A DNA stretch of 64,000 nucleotides, from IMG/VR virus record IMGVR_UViG_3300037851_000941, positions 1 through 64,000 of that record; one strand, given 5' to 3'. This DNA is from a virus (Duplodnaviria > Caudoviricetes). The position numbers were made by a program, and so were the translations under genes. Under the pieces are notes generated by a model. That model did no database searches, had not been told where the DNA came from, and worked only from the letters and a program-made list of their open reading frames with translations. Shown piece by piece: positions 47,009 to 55,880 of this stretch (position 1 is its first letter; every line of letters begins with the position of its first letter).

Positions 47009-47026
47009 GTCGCAATCCTCCTCTCG

Positions 47027-47726
47027 TTACCGAAGACCGAGCGCCTTGTGCATCTGGACCGACAGCCGCCAGCCCGGGTGCCCAAAGACGTAGTTGACCG
47101 CCGCGCCCAACACCGAGGGCTCCACGGACAGCGAGCCGTCGCACGTCGGGCAGGCGGGGGGGGGAGACGTAGAGCCGCGCGAAGCCCCCGAGGGCCGCCG
47201 CGTACTCGTGCGGGGCCGGCAGCCCGGAAGGGTACACGACCTTTAGCTCGTTCCCCGACCGAACCGCCACCCTCTCGGGCGCCGTCTTCGGGGACACGCA
47301 GACCCAGTCAACGCCCGCGGCCTCCGCAGAGCCGTCCCTGAACTGGACCGTCCCGTTCGTCTCCACGGCGATCGTGAGCCGCTGCCCGTCGCAGGCCGCG
47401 CGGATGGCATCGGTCAGGCGGCGGTCGAGCTGCAGCAGCGGCTCCCCGCCCGTGATCACGAGCAGCCCCTCGGGCCCGGGACAGGTGGCGCCGAGGTGCG
47501 CGACCTCCCGTGCGACCTCGTCGACGGCGCGGCCCCGTCGGGCAGAAACAAAGTCCGTGTCGCACCAGCGCGGGCAGTCGGCCCCGGCCCGGGAGGCGTC
47601 GCGTTCGCGGTCGGCATCGCGCCCGCTCCACAGGTTACAGCCGGCCAGGCGCAGGAACACGGCCGGCCGCCCAGCATTGGCACCTTCGCCCTGCAGCGAG
47701 CGAAAGATCTCCTGGACCGCGTACAC
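47027..47726 (-). pseudogene. queE: 7-carboxy-7-deazaguanine synthase, frameshifted in a C9 tract (47156-47164)
   Basis: EIFRSLQGEG...FLRLAGCNLW...CPRWCDTDF...ITGGEPLLQ...ETNGT; the canonical tail HPGWRLSVQMHKALG appears only in the +1 frame after the C run. Confidence 0.9.
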
Positions 47727-47730
47727 GGTC

Positions 47731-48183
47731 CTACGCCTCGACCGTGGCGCAGCACTGCGGGGTCTCCCAGATCGTGACCCGGGAGACCCGGAGACCGCCC
47801 CCGTCATCCGCGCGCTCCAGCAGCGAGCGGGCCACGTCCAGCAAGGCGGCGGCCATCAACTCGGCCGTCGGCTCACCGTCGAGGCAGTATGGCGGGCGAT
47901 GCCCGCTCTGCTCCTCGTCCTCTTGGCACTAACGCAGGAGGCGCTCGTCGGCTCGGTTGACCAGGGTGGTGTGGTCCCAGTGGGAGTCGATCCACTGCCC
48001 GACCCTCGCCTTGATCTCTCCGAAGTCGATCACGCGCCCGCACCCGTCCAGCCGCTCGGCCGTACACGCGATCTCGGCACGGTATCGATGGCCGTGCAGC
48101 GTCGAGCACTTCGACTCGTGCCGCAGAACGCGGTGGGCAGAGTCCCACTCGAAGACCCTCGTGACGGTCGTCTGGTTCCCCAT
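47731..48183 (-). pseudogene. queD: 6-carboxytetrahydropterin synthase with in-frame TAG at 47929-47931
   Basis: WDSAHRV...CSTLHGHRY...VIDFGEIK...WDH; beyond TAG the same frame gives EPTAELMA...VTIWETPQCCATV. Confidence 0.9.
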
Positions 48184-48251
48184 GACCGCCTGGAGTACCA
48201 GCCCGGTGAACGGGACGCAACCGGGGCAGGCCGCAGCGCGTGGCTCGTTGG

Positions 48252-48743
48252 CTACCGGTCAATGAGGGCTCTGGCCCGCAACCACTGCCCCACGGCGACG
48301 AGTGCCGGGCTGGGAGGCCGCCGCTGGGCGCGGAGCAGGAGACGGATCTCGGCCAGGGCATCCTCGATCTCCCGGCTGGAGGGCTTCTTGATCGCGGGGC
48401 GCGGTGCCATCTCTACCGCGCTGGCCAGCCCGGCGACCCAGACGGCCGCGCTGCGCCCGCTGCGCGGGTTGCGGCGGCGCGCGCCCGAGTCGCGCACCCA
48501 GCCCCGGAGCACCAGCTCGCGGCGCCTGGCGCTCACGGTCTGGTGCGGCAGGCGGAGCCGGTCCTCCAGCTCCTCGTCGGTGCAGCCCCGTCGGCCGGCG
48601 TCCCGGATGGCGCTCAGCACCAGGGAGCGGAGGCGGCCAGCATGGGGCCTGATGTCCTGGGCGGCCTGCTCCGAGGTGTCGGAGTCGGCCTCGTGCGGCG
48701 GCTGCCCGTAGTAGGGCTCCCGGTAGAGCAGCACAGGGCTCAC
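48252..48743 (-). CDS. Winged-helix DNA-binding protein
   Basis: GCTDEELEDRLRLPHQTVSARRRELVLRGWVRDSG; GTGA-coupled start. Confidence 0.7.
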   Translation of the reverse strand: MSPVLLYREPYYGQPPHEADSDTSEQAAQDIRPHAGRLRSLVLSAIRDAGRRGCTDEELEDRLRLPHQTVSARRRELVLRGWVRDSGARRRNPRSGRSAAVWVAGLASAVEMAPRPAIKKPSSREIEDALAEIRLLLRAQRRPPSPALVAVGQWLRARALIDR

Positions 48744-48949
48744 CGCTCCTCGAAGGGCAGGTCGCGGTCCTCTGCGAGCCAGCGCGGGATGGCCAGCATG
48801 CCCTCGTCGCCCTCGCTCCACACCTCGGACTCTGGACGGACCTGACTGAGCGGGATGGTGACGCGGCCGACGGCCGTGTCCGCGACGATGGCTGCCTCGG
48901 TCTCCCGAAGCACGGAGGCCCAGACGAGCACGGTGTCACCGCCGCTCAC
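48740..48949 (-). CDS. Small phage hypothetical protein
   Basis: RETEAAI...IPLSQV...LAIPRWLA; coupled overlaps. Confidence 0.55.
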   Translation of the reverse strand: MSGGDTVLVWASVLRETEAAIVADTAVGRVTIPLSQVRPESEVWSEGDEGMLAIPRWLAEDRDLPFEER

Positions 48950-49182
48950 AGCCACGTCTCCACGATGCACGGGTCGTCGCTGGGATGACGGTCGAGGCGC
49001 ACCAGCCCATCGGGCAGGGCGGCGCGGGCCTCGGCCAGGCTGCCATGCACGGTGCGGTCGAGCGAGCGCGACAGGGCACCGTCCTCGCCGGGCACGGCCC
49101 AGCCCCGAAGGACGTGCTTGCCCGGGTAGTCCCGGGGCGAGTCGTAGATGGTCCAGATGACGAGCGGGTCGTTCGCGCTCAT
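48946..49182 (-). CDS. Small phage hypothetical protein
   Basis: IWTIYDSPRDYPG...DDPCIVETWL. Confidence 0.6.
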   Translation of the reverse strand: MSANDPLVIWTIYDSPRDYPGKHVLRGWAVPGEDGALSRSLDRTVHGSLAEARAALPDGLVRLDRHPSDDPCIVETWL

Positions 49183-49436
49183 GGCCTCATCTCCTCCCCC
49201 GTGCCGTTGTCCAGCTCGCGCCGCAGCGCGGGCGCGACCACGCGGTAGCCGCGCCACTGCAGCCGCCGCATCTCGTCCCGCAGGGCGACCTCCAGCCTGT
49301 GCTGCAGGGTGGCGAGGTCGGCGGCGTCGTCGAGGCACAGGCCGTCGCTCTGCTCCAGCGCGTCCTCCATGGCGCGCACGAGCTGGCGCAGCACTTCCCG
49401 CGCTCCCAGGGTCTCGTTCCAGGCACTCTCGTTCAT
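49179..49436 (-). CDS. Small hypothetical protein
   Basis: MNESAW start with GGAGGGAG RBS; ATGA overlap. Confidence 0.5.
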   Translation of the reverse strand: MNESAWNETLGAREVLRQLVRAMEDALEQSDGLCLDDAADLATLQHRLEVALRDEMRRLQWRGYRVVAPALRRELDNGTGEEMRP

Positions 49437-49468
49437 CGCGTTCTCCCTCCGTGCTCGTTCGTCCGTTG

Positions 49469-49681
49469 TCAGTTCTCCACGACGCGCTCCCAGTCCTCGG
49501 CGAGCGCCTCGATTGTCAGGTAGTAGATGGCCCCGTGCGGCAGCGGCCCGCGCAGGCCCACGATGCCCGCGACGTCCACGCTGACCACGCGCCACGTCGG
49601 GCTCATGCACCCCATCCCGCGCTGGCGCCAAAGCTCGTTCGACCGCACGGCCACGGGCACGCTGTGCCCGATGATCTCCAT
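49469..49681 (-). CDS. Small hypothetical protein
   Basis: MEIIGH start with GGAGG RBS. Confidence 0.5.
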   Translation of the reverse strand: MEIIGHSVPVAVRSNELWRQRGMGCMSPTWRVVSVDVAGIVGLRGPLPHGAIYYLTIEALAEDWERVVEN

Positions 49682-49714
49682 GTCCACTCTGCGCCTCCTC
49701 CGTCTCCGCATCGC

Positions 49715-50512
49715 TCAGCCGACGGGCCGTCGTACCGCAGCCCCGGGCCGGGGTCCAGATCGCAGCACCGGGACGAGCTGCCGGTAGCGCGGGTCCTCGG
49801 CCAACTCGGGCGCCTCCAGGGTGGCCCAGCGCAGCGTGAGCAGATCCGGGCTCACGGTGCGGTAGCGCCCCGCGACCAGGCGCTCCCAGGCAGCGGCGCC
49901 GCCCCGGAGCCAGGCGTGCGCCCAGAGCAGCGCGACGGGCAGCGGCACCGCGACTGGCGGCAGGCCAGCGGCCTTGGACAGGTCGAGGCAGGTCTCGAGG
50001 AGGGCGGCCCGGGCGGCGCGCAGGTCCACGCCGGGCACGGCGGCCCCGACGACGGCGCAGGCGGCCGGGGCCTCCGGCGCGCAGGCCAGGTAGGTGCGAC
50101 ACATGACGGGGCGCACGTCGTAGACCGCGCAGTCGCGCCAGAGCGTCTCGAGGACGCACCGGCGGTTGGCCGCGTGCCAGCTCAGGCACGTGGCGTCCGG
50201 GCGCAGCAGCTCGTCCTCGTGCGCCGCGCAGAGCGGCAGGACGTTACGCTCCAGCCACGCGGCGCGGCCCTGCTCGCCAAGCTCGGCCACGATGACCACG
50301 GCCTCCAGCATGGAGCACGTGACCACGTAGCGGCAGCACGCATCGCAGTGACGCGCGCACACCACCCGGCGCCCGGTGGCATCGACGGACTCGGCGTTCG
50401 CTCGCTCGATGGCCGCGTCGGCCCGCCGCACCAGCTCGCGGCAGGCGTGGCGCGCCCGCCCCAGCGGGTCGCCAGTCACCCGCTCCACCTCTTCCCTCCT
50501 GCGCTCGTCCAT
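49715..50512 (-). CDS. YkgJ-family cysteine-cluster protein
   Basis: CARHCDACC...RCVL...CAVYDVRPVMCRTY. Confidence 0.8.
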   Translation of the reverse strand: MDERRREEVERVTGDPLGRARHACRELVRRADAAIERANAESVDATGRRVVCARHCDACCRYVVTCSMLEAVVIVAELGEQGRAAWLERNVLPLCAAHEDELLRPDATCLSWHAANRRCVLETLWRDCAVYDVRPVMCRTYLACAPEAPAACAVVGAAVPGVDLRAARAALLETCLDLSKAAGLPPVAVPLPVALLWAHAWLRGGAAAWERLVAGRYRTVSPDLLTLRWATLEAPELAEDPRYRQLVPVLRSGPRPGAAVRRPVG

Positions 50513-50853
50513 TCGTCCCTCCGTGCCGTGTCTTGGTTCGTGTCTGATTGACCAGGCGCGCTCGTGCCGCTAGCCTGGTGCCCTTCGGAGTCGTTCCTCC
50601 TTTCCTCGTCGTGTGTGGGGAGCGCCCCGGGGGCCACCGCTCCAGGTCCCCGGGGCGCAGGTTTTTAAGGGTCGTGCCCGAGCCGAAAGCAAGTGGAATC
50701 GTGGCATCGGCACGGAAAAGAACCCGCTCGGGGAAGCCCCCCGGCGCCCTGTAGGGGCTCCCGGGCATGTTGGGGCTAGCGGAGTAGCCCCGAGGGTGCT
50801 CCGACGCCCCTGGTGACGGCTGGGGCGCGCCCACGAGCGAGCCGGGTAGAGGG

Positions 50854-52506
50854 CTATGCCTGGGCGATGAGACGACCCCGGGGGCTGCCGCCCAGGGCGC
50901 CCAGCGGGTTCGCCAGCGCGGGGGCTACCGGGGCGTCCTCGTGCTGCCCCGTCCCGTTGCCGGCGTGGCTCCTGGCGGCGCGGCGCTCCCGGCGGCGCAG
51001 GCTGCGGCGCACCCGGCGGGCCAGCTCACGAGCGAACCAGGAGGCCATGAGGCGGTCGCCGGTGTGGGCACCCGGCTCGTAGCGGAGCATCTCGCAGAGC
51101 CACTCACGGACATCCTCGTCGCACTCCCCATGCACCGCGTCGCCGTGGCACCTGGCGCCGACGTTCGGCACGATCCAGCGGGCGGCCTCCATCTCGGCCG
51201 CCAGCGACTCGACGCCGAAGGACGGGTCGGCCTTGTTCCGGCCGGTCGTGAAGCGCGCCACCGGCAGCGTCACCTCCAGCTCGCGGGCGAACTGCACGAT
51301 GAAGTCCTGCGCCGCGTTGTTCTCCACGATGAACATGCCGCCGAAGGCGTCGTGCGTGCCCTCCATGCGGGTCAGGATCTCCCGGCCCTTCCAGCGACCG
51401 CCCTGGACGCGGATCACCTGGCGGTCGTCGTTCGGGTGAACGAACACGGAGAAGATGGTGGACACGTCGTTGTGCGCCAGCAGCCCGACGCCGAGGTCGA
51501 CGCCGTGGACCACGAACGAACCGGGCGGCAGCTCGTCGGGCAGCTCCTGGTAGGTCGGCACGCCGTCGCCCCTGAGCAGGCAGCCGTCCAGCCACTCGCC
51601 CCGGAACCGCCGGGCGGCCTCGTCGTAGGGCAGCAGCTCCATCTGGCGCCGGTACTCCAGCTCGCCGAAGTCCACCCGCTTCTCGGCCAGGCGCTCCGGG
51701 GGCCAGCGTCGCTCGTCCACTATCCTACCGTCCGCACTAACGATCGGGCACCGCTCGGTGGCCCAGCCGTCGCGCTCCAGCTCGTGCGCCAGGTCGTCGG
51801 GGTGCCAGGCGTTCGTCAGGAACATGACCTCGGCGCGCCTCGTGAGCCGGGAGAACAGCGTGGCGCGCACCCACTTGCTCACCGCCTCGCGCTGGGCGGC
51901 CGTCGCGGTGTTGTCGGCGTCCAGGATGTCGTCGAGCACCAGGATGTCGATGCGCGACCCCTGGATTGCACCGTGCAATCCGACCGCCTGCACGGTCGGG
52001 TCCCTGGTGAACACGCGCTCGCGCTGGATCACGATCTCGTTGTCGGCCCACTTCGGGCCGGGCAGCAGGTGCGGGTAGACCTCCCGCAGCTCGGCGCTCC
52101 GCTCGATCAGGCCCTTGAGCGCGCCGAGGGTCTTTTTTGCCTGCTTCTCGGTGTCGCTGACGATGGCCACGCGCAGCGTCGGGTCCTGGCCCAGCCGCCA
52201 GAGGACGCGACCGACGGCGAGCTGGCTCGACTTGCCGCTCTCCGGGAAGGCCCAGAGCACGAGGCGAGAGTGCCTCATCGCCATCTGCTGCCACCGCTCG
52301 TGATGCGGCAGCTGCACTAAGGGTTCGGCCGTCTCCTCGTCGCGGAGCACGTGCTCGACGAAGGTGCTGGGATCGGTGCGCGCCAGCGCCAGGCGCTGCA
52401 GGCGCAGCTCGGACCAGACCTCGCCCATGTCCACGCCGGCCTCGAGGTCGGGTGGCAGCGGGGCCGGCGTGGGCAGGGTGGCGTCAGCTCGCCGACGACG
52501 CGCCAC
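50854..52506 (-). CDS. terL: Terminase large subunit
   Basis: Walker A-like AFPESGKSS, GSRIDILVLDD (Walker B), TNAWHPDDL, nuclease GVDLGVG...D, VENNAAQ, HTGDRLMASWFA. Confidence 0.95.
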   Translation of the reverse strand: MARRRRADATLPTPAPLPPDLEAGVDMGEVWSELRLQRLALARTDPSTFVEHVLRDEETAEPLVQLPHHERWQQMAMRHSRLVLWAFPESGKSSQLAVGRVLWRLGQDPTLRVAIVSDTEKQAKKTLGALKGLIERSAELREVYPHLLPGPKWADNEIVIQRERVFTRDPTVQAVGLHGAIQGSRIDILVLDDILDADNTATAAQREAVSKWVRATLFSRLTRRAEVMFLTNAWHPDDLAHELERDGWATERCPIVSADGRIVDERRWPPERLAEKRVDFGELEYRRQMELLPYDEAARRFRGEWLDGCLLRGDGVPTYQELPDELPPGSFVVHGVDLGVGLLAHNDVSTIFSVFVHPNDDRQVIRVQGGRWKGREILTRMEGTHDAFGGMFIVENNAAQDFIVQFARELEVTLPVARFTTGRNKADPSFGVESLAAEMEAARWIVPNVGARCHGDAVHGECDEDVREWLCEMLRYEPGAHTGDRLMASWFARELARRVRRSLRRRERRAARSHAGNGTGQHEDAPVAPALANPLGALGGSPRGRLIAQA

Positions 52507-53206
52507 CGTCGCTCGCCCTCCCCCCGGGCAGCGCCACCAGGCCGTGCTTCACGCGCTGCACGGCGCGGCTCGTGGCCTCGAACTCGCGCACCACCTCCTC
52601 CAGCGTGGCGGTGGTGCCCACGATCTCCGTGGGCTCGCCCAGGAGCAGGCGCTCCATGCGCACCACCTCGGCGGCGGCCTCCGACGCCCGCTGAACGATC
52701 CGGGCCAGCGTGTCCATGGCGCGCATGCGCTGCGGCAGGCTGAGCACCTGGCCGTTCGAGCTGTCCTTGCCGGCGCGCAGCTCGCCCTCAAGTATGCGAG
52801 CCTGCTCGATCATTCCCCGCAGCGCGTGGCCGGTGATGCCGACCAGCGCCGCGACGTTTCCCCTTTGCGCCCGAACCAGCTCCGCTTCCTGCTTCCGGGT
52901 GCGCGCCAGGTCCTCACGGGCCTTTCGTGAGTTCTCGCGCTGGGTTCGACGCCGATCCTCGAGGTCGAGGGCGGCCTGGCGGGCGTGCTCGTCGGCCATG
53001 CTGGCGCGGGCGGCGATCTGCTCGTCGGTGATGACGCGCTGGATGGCAGGGCGGTTCACCCGTGGGTAGCCGACGGCCCAGGCGCGGCGGGCGGTGGCGC
53101 GCGACACGCCCACGATCTCGGCGGCTTGGGTGATGTTGCCGGGGTTGCGGCGGAACGCCTCGGTGAGGGCGTCGTACAGGTTGTCCGGGATGGGGCGGTT
53201 GGCCAT
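52484..53206 (-). CDS. Terminase small subunit candidate (N-terminal HTH)
   Basis: GNITQAAEIVGVSRATARRAW HTH, coiled coil, C-terminal GEPTEIV; overlaps the terL start. Confidence 0.7.
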   Translation of the reverse strand: MANRPIPDNLYDALTEAFRRNPGNITQAAEIVGVSRATARRAWAVGYPRVNRPAIQRVITDEQIAARASMADEHARQAALDLEDRRRTQRENSRKAREDLARTRKQEAELVRAQRGNVAALVGITGHALRGMIEQARILEGELRAGKDSSNGQVLSLPQRMRAMDTLARIVQRASEAAAEVVRMERLLLGEPTEIVGTTATLEEVVREFEATSRAVQRVKHGLVALPGGRASDGGASSAS

Positions 53207-53301
53207 TCGTGGGCTCGTTTCTGCCTCCCGCCTACTTACCACCGATGTCGTGGCGGGCAAAGTGTGCGGTGGTGGTCACGTTCGGGATGGCCGCTGGCCA
53301 G

Positions 53302-53895
53302 CTACGGGCTGGCGAACCGGGCGTGGGCGCGGCCCTCCACGCTGTCGGGGCCGGTGCCCCAGACCAGGGCGTTCGTGTGGCCGCTGTCCCACCGCTCCAG
53401 GCCGTGGATGACCTCGTGGACGGTGGGCGAGCCCCGCTCGATGCTGGCCCCGATGAGCGAGGCGCGGATGGTGGCACCGAGCGGGCCACTGCCGATGGCC
53501 CTGGGGATCTGCCCGCGCACGGCGCACGTCCGGGGTCCCATGGGGGCGAGGTCGCCCTGCCAGGCGGCCTCGTAGGCGGCGTCGGGCAGGAAGTGAAAGG
53601 TGAAGCCGGCCAGCTGGCGGCAGGGGTCGAGGCGCCCCCGGTCGTGCTCGCGCCAGGACTCCCCGGTGACCACCACGGCGCGCAGGCACGCCTGGGCGAG
53701 CCAGCGCAGCGTGGCGTCGTCGATGTCGGGCACGGCCCGGTCCACGATGGTCGTGACGCGGCCGTAGCAGGGGTGGGGCACGTCCACGCGGCGCCCGGCC
53801 GGGTAGCGCACCCGCCGGCACAGGGTCAGGCCGACGACGGCGATGGCGACGGCGCCGATGATGGTCAGGGTGAGCACGATCCACTGCGGTTCCAT
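53302..53895 (-). CDS. Membrane-anchored putative zinc metallopeptidase
   Basis: N-terminal hydrophobic helix (WIVLTLTIIGAVAIAVVGLTL); HEVIH followed by DSGH. Confidence 0.55.
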   Translation of the reverse strand: MEPQWIVLTLTIIGAVAIAVVGLTLCRRVRYPAGRRVDVPHPCYGRVTTIVDRAVPDIDDATLRWLAQACLRAVVVTGESWREHDRGRLDPCRQLAGFTFHFLPDAAYEAAWQGDLAPMGPRTCAVRGQIPRAIGSGPLGATIRASLIGASIERGSPTVHEVIHGLERWDSGHTNALVWGTGPDSVEGRAHARFASP

Positions 53896-54259
53896 GTTTC
53901 GGGGCTTTCTGGGGAAGAGGGGTCAGCGGGACGGTTCGGAGGTGTTCGGAGGTGTCCGGCGGCGGCGCGGGCAGGAAGACATCGTAGCGCCAGGCCGGCA
54001 GCCGCAGGGAGCCCCGCGACTGGATGTCCACGGCGACCACGCGGAGGCGCTGGCCGGGCGGCAGCGACAGCGCGTGGAGCTGGGCGAGCAGCGGGCCAAG
54101 GGGCTCCCGGACCGGGTCGAGGAGCAGGGCGCGACCGTCGTCCAGTCGGACCACCGCCGCCGCGCCCTCCCAGGCGGTCAGGGTGCCCTCGAAGCCGTCC
54201 CCGCGCTGCCTGGGCAGCCAGGGCTCCGGGGGCATGGCGCGCACCCACCGGGCGGTCAC
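53890..54259 (-). CDS. Possible OB-fold-like protein; 3' end unresolved (first in-frame stop at 53276)
   Basis: GTGA-coupled start; GDGFEGTL...VVRLDDG...GQRLRVV...YDVF. Confidence 0.35.
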
Positions 54260-54462
54260 CGGACCACCCTCCTGATGCGGGCCAGGCGCTCCTCGGCCTC
54301 GAGATATCGGGCTGCCCAGTCCGCGCGCTCCTTTCGGGCGGCATCGAGGTGCTCCAGGATGATGCGCACGGCCGAGGCGGCGCGCTCGTGGAACTCCCGC
54401 CCGGCCCCGCCGTAGGCTGCGTGGGCCTCGTGCCACTCGGCCAGCTCGTGGACCGTGTGCAT
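54256..54462 (-). CDS. Small helical hypothetical protein
   Basis: MHTVHEL start with GGGAG RBS. Confidence 0.5.
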   Translation of the reverse strand: MHTVHELAEWHEAHAAYGGAGREFHERAASAVRIILEHLDAARKERADWAARYLEAEERLARIRRVVR

Positions 54463-54469
54463 GACGGGG

Positions 54470-54769
54470 TCAGTCTCCCTCGGTGTGCGATCGCTCACTG
54501 CTAGGGTCCCCGTGTCGGTGCTGCTGCCGTAGCCAGGCATCGAACTCGTCATCGGTGCAGCCGCAGCGCAGGGCGTGGTCGTGGCTCCGGTAGCCCAGCT
54601 CCCGCGCCCACGCTGTCCATCGGCCCATGATCCACTCCGAGTAGTGCGTCGTCCAGGGCAGGCGCACGCCGCCCACGGTCACGAGCGGCAGGTCCTCCCC
54701 GGAGCGCCGTGTGATGGCCTCGCGGGGCAGGCCGACCACTCTCAGCCAGATGATCACCCGGGGGTTCAC
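54470..54769 (-). CDS. Small hypothetical protein
   Basis: 99 aa, GTGA-coupled. Confidence 0.5.
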   Translation of the reverse strand: MNPRVIIWLRVVGLPREAITRRSGEDLPLVTVGGVRLPWTTHYSEWIMGRWTAWARELGYRSHDHALRCGCTDDEFDAWLRQQHRHGDPSSERSHTEGD

Positions 54770-55182
54770 GGCGCCGCCTCGTCGTCATTAGGCACGCCTT
54801 GGGGGGCGGGCGCGGGACTACTGGCGTACCAGTCCTCGTCGCGCCACGGGCACCGACCGGCCCGAATGGCGGCCCACTCCTCGTCGGTCGGGGGTCGGAA
54901 GCGCCCTCGCGGGTGCGTCGTGCAGGAGTCGGGCACGTCACAGAGTGCCGCAGACAGGCCGTCGAGCAGGTACTGTCCGGCCCAGATCGAGATGCCGAGC
55001 GGCGCGTCGTCCAGGCCCAGGTCCTCGAGCTGCACGCAACCGGTCTCCTGTTGCTCGAACTGCACGTGAGGCCCGGCGGTCCAGAGCACGCACCCGGTGC
55101 CCCCGCCGTCCGAGGCCACGACCGCGAGCGATTCGCGGTCCCAGTCGTAGTCGTTCCAGTCGTGGATGCGCGTGTCTGTCAT
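54766..55182 (-). CDS. Hypothetical protein, paralogue of 56077..56712
   Basis: Shared LxDLGLxDAPxGxSIWxG and PRGxFRPxTxEE motifs. Confidence 0.65.
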   Translation of the reverse strand: MTDTRIHDWNDYDWDRESLAVVASDGGGTGCVLWTAGPHVQFEQQETGCVQLEDLGLDDAPLGISIWAGQYLLDGLSAALCDVPDSCTTHPRGRFRPPTDEEWAAIRAGRCPWRDEDWYASSPAPAPQGVPNDDEAAP

Positions 55183-55880
55183 TCCCCGGCCTCCTGCTTC
55201 GCACGCTCGCGCAGCCAGCCGGCCACGACTGCCCAGGCGTCGGAGCCGGGGCGCTCGATGCTGGGGGTGGAGCGGTCGAGCACGCGCCGTTGCGGGTCGC
55301 AGTGATCGGCTGCGTCCAGCAAGGCGACGGCGCGGGCTGTCCGTAGACGCTCCTCCAGCGCCTTCCGGGCCTCGGCCTCGCGCTCCGCGAGCTTCGTCGC
55401 GTTGTTGAGCAGCACGTGCTGCTCCTCGACCGAGCCCGACTCGGGCAGTGGCTCCTGCTGCTCCTCCGTTTCCAGCGCGCACCGCTTGCAGCGGGTGGGG
55501 CCGCCAGGCGTGAGGCAGCCGCAGTCGATGCACTCCCGGACCGTGCAGCCCAGGTCGTGGACGAAGCCCTCCGTCCCGGTGTACTCGCTTGGTGTAGGGG
55601 GAGGAGGCGGCGGGTCGCATCGACGGATCTCGATCCTGCGCCGCTCGATGCCATATGCCAGGTCGCGCAGGGCGGTCTCGTGGAGGCGCGGCTCGTCGAT
55701 GCCGTGCCAGCACGGAGCGCCCAGCGCGTCGGTGCCGCACCGCTCTACGACCGAGCGGCGCACTGGGGCGCCACCGTACCCGCTGCTGTCCTCCCACGCC
55801 ACGATGCGCCAGCACGGCGCGTCGCTGATGCTGCCCCACTGCACCACGACGTGGCGCGGCCTACATTCCTGCTCGCTCAT
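55179..55880 (-). CDS. Hypothetical protein with Cys4 zinc-finger-like segment
   Basis: CIDCG...CKRC; coupled overlaps. Confidence 0.5.
   Translation of the reverse strand: MSEQECRPRHVVVQWGSISDAPCWRIVAWEDSSGYGGAPVRRSVVERCGTDALGAPCWHGIDEPRLHETALRDLAYGIERRRIEIRRCDPPPPPPTPSEYTGTEGFVHDLGCTVRECIDCGCLTPGGPTRCKRCALETEEQQEPLPESGSVEEQHVLLNNATKLAEREAEARKALEERLRTARAVALLDAADHCDPQRRVLDRSTPSIERPGSDAWAVVAGWLRERAKQEAGE

Noticed and set aside
47929-47931. Genome-wide TAG reassignment suggested by the amber codon in queD
   Set aside because: Many genes end correctly at TAG with the next gene following closely (e.g. 1303, 7833, 13770, 14509, 29298, 50854, 63265), so the code is standard.
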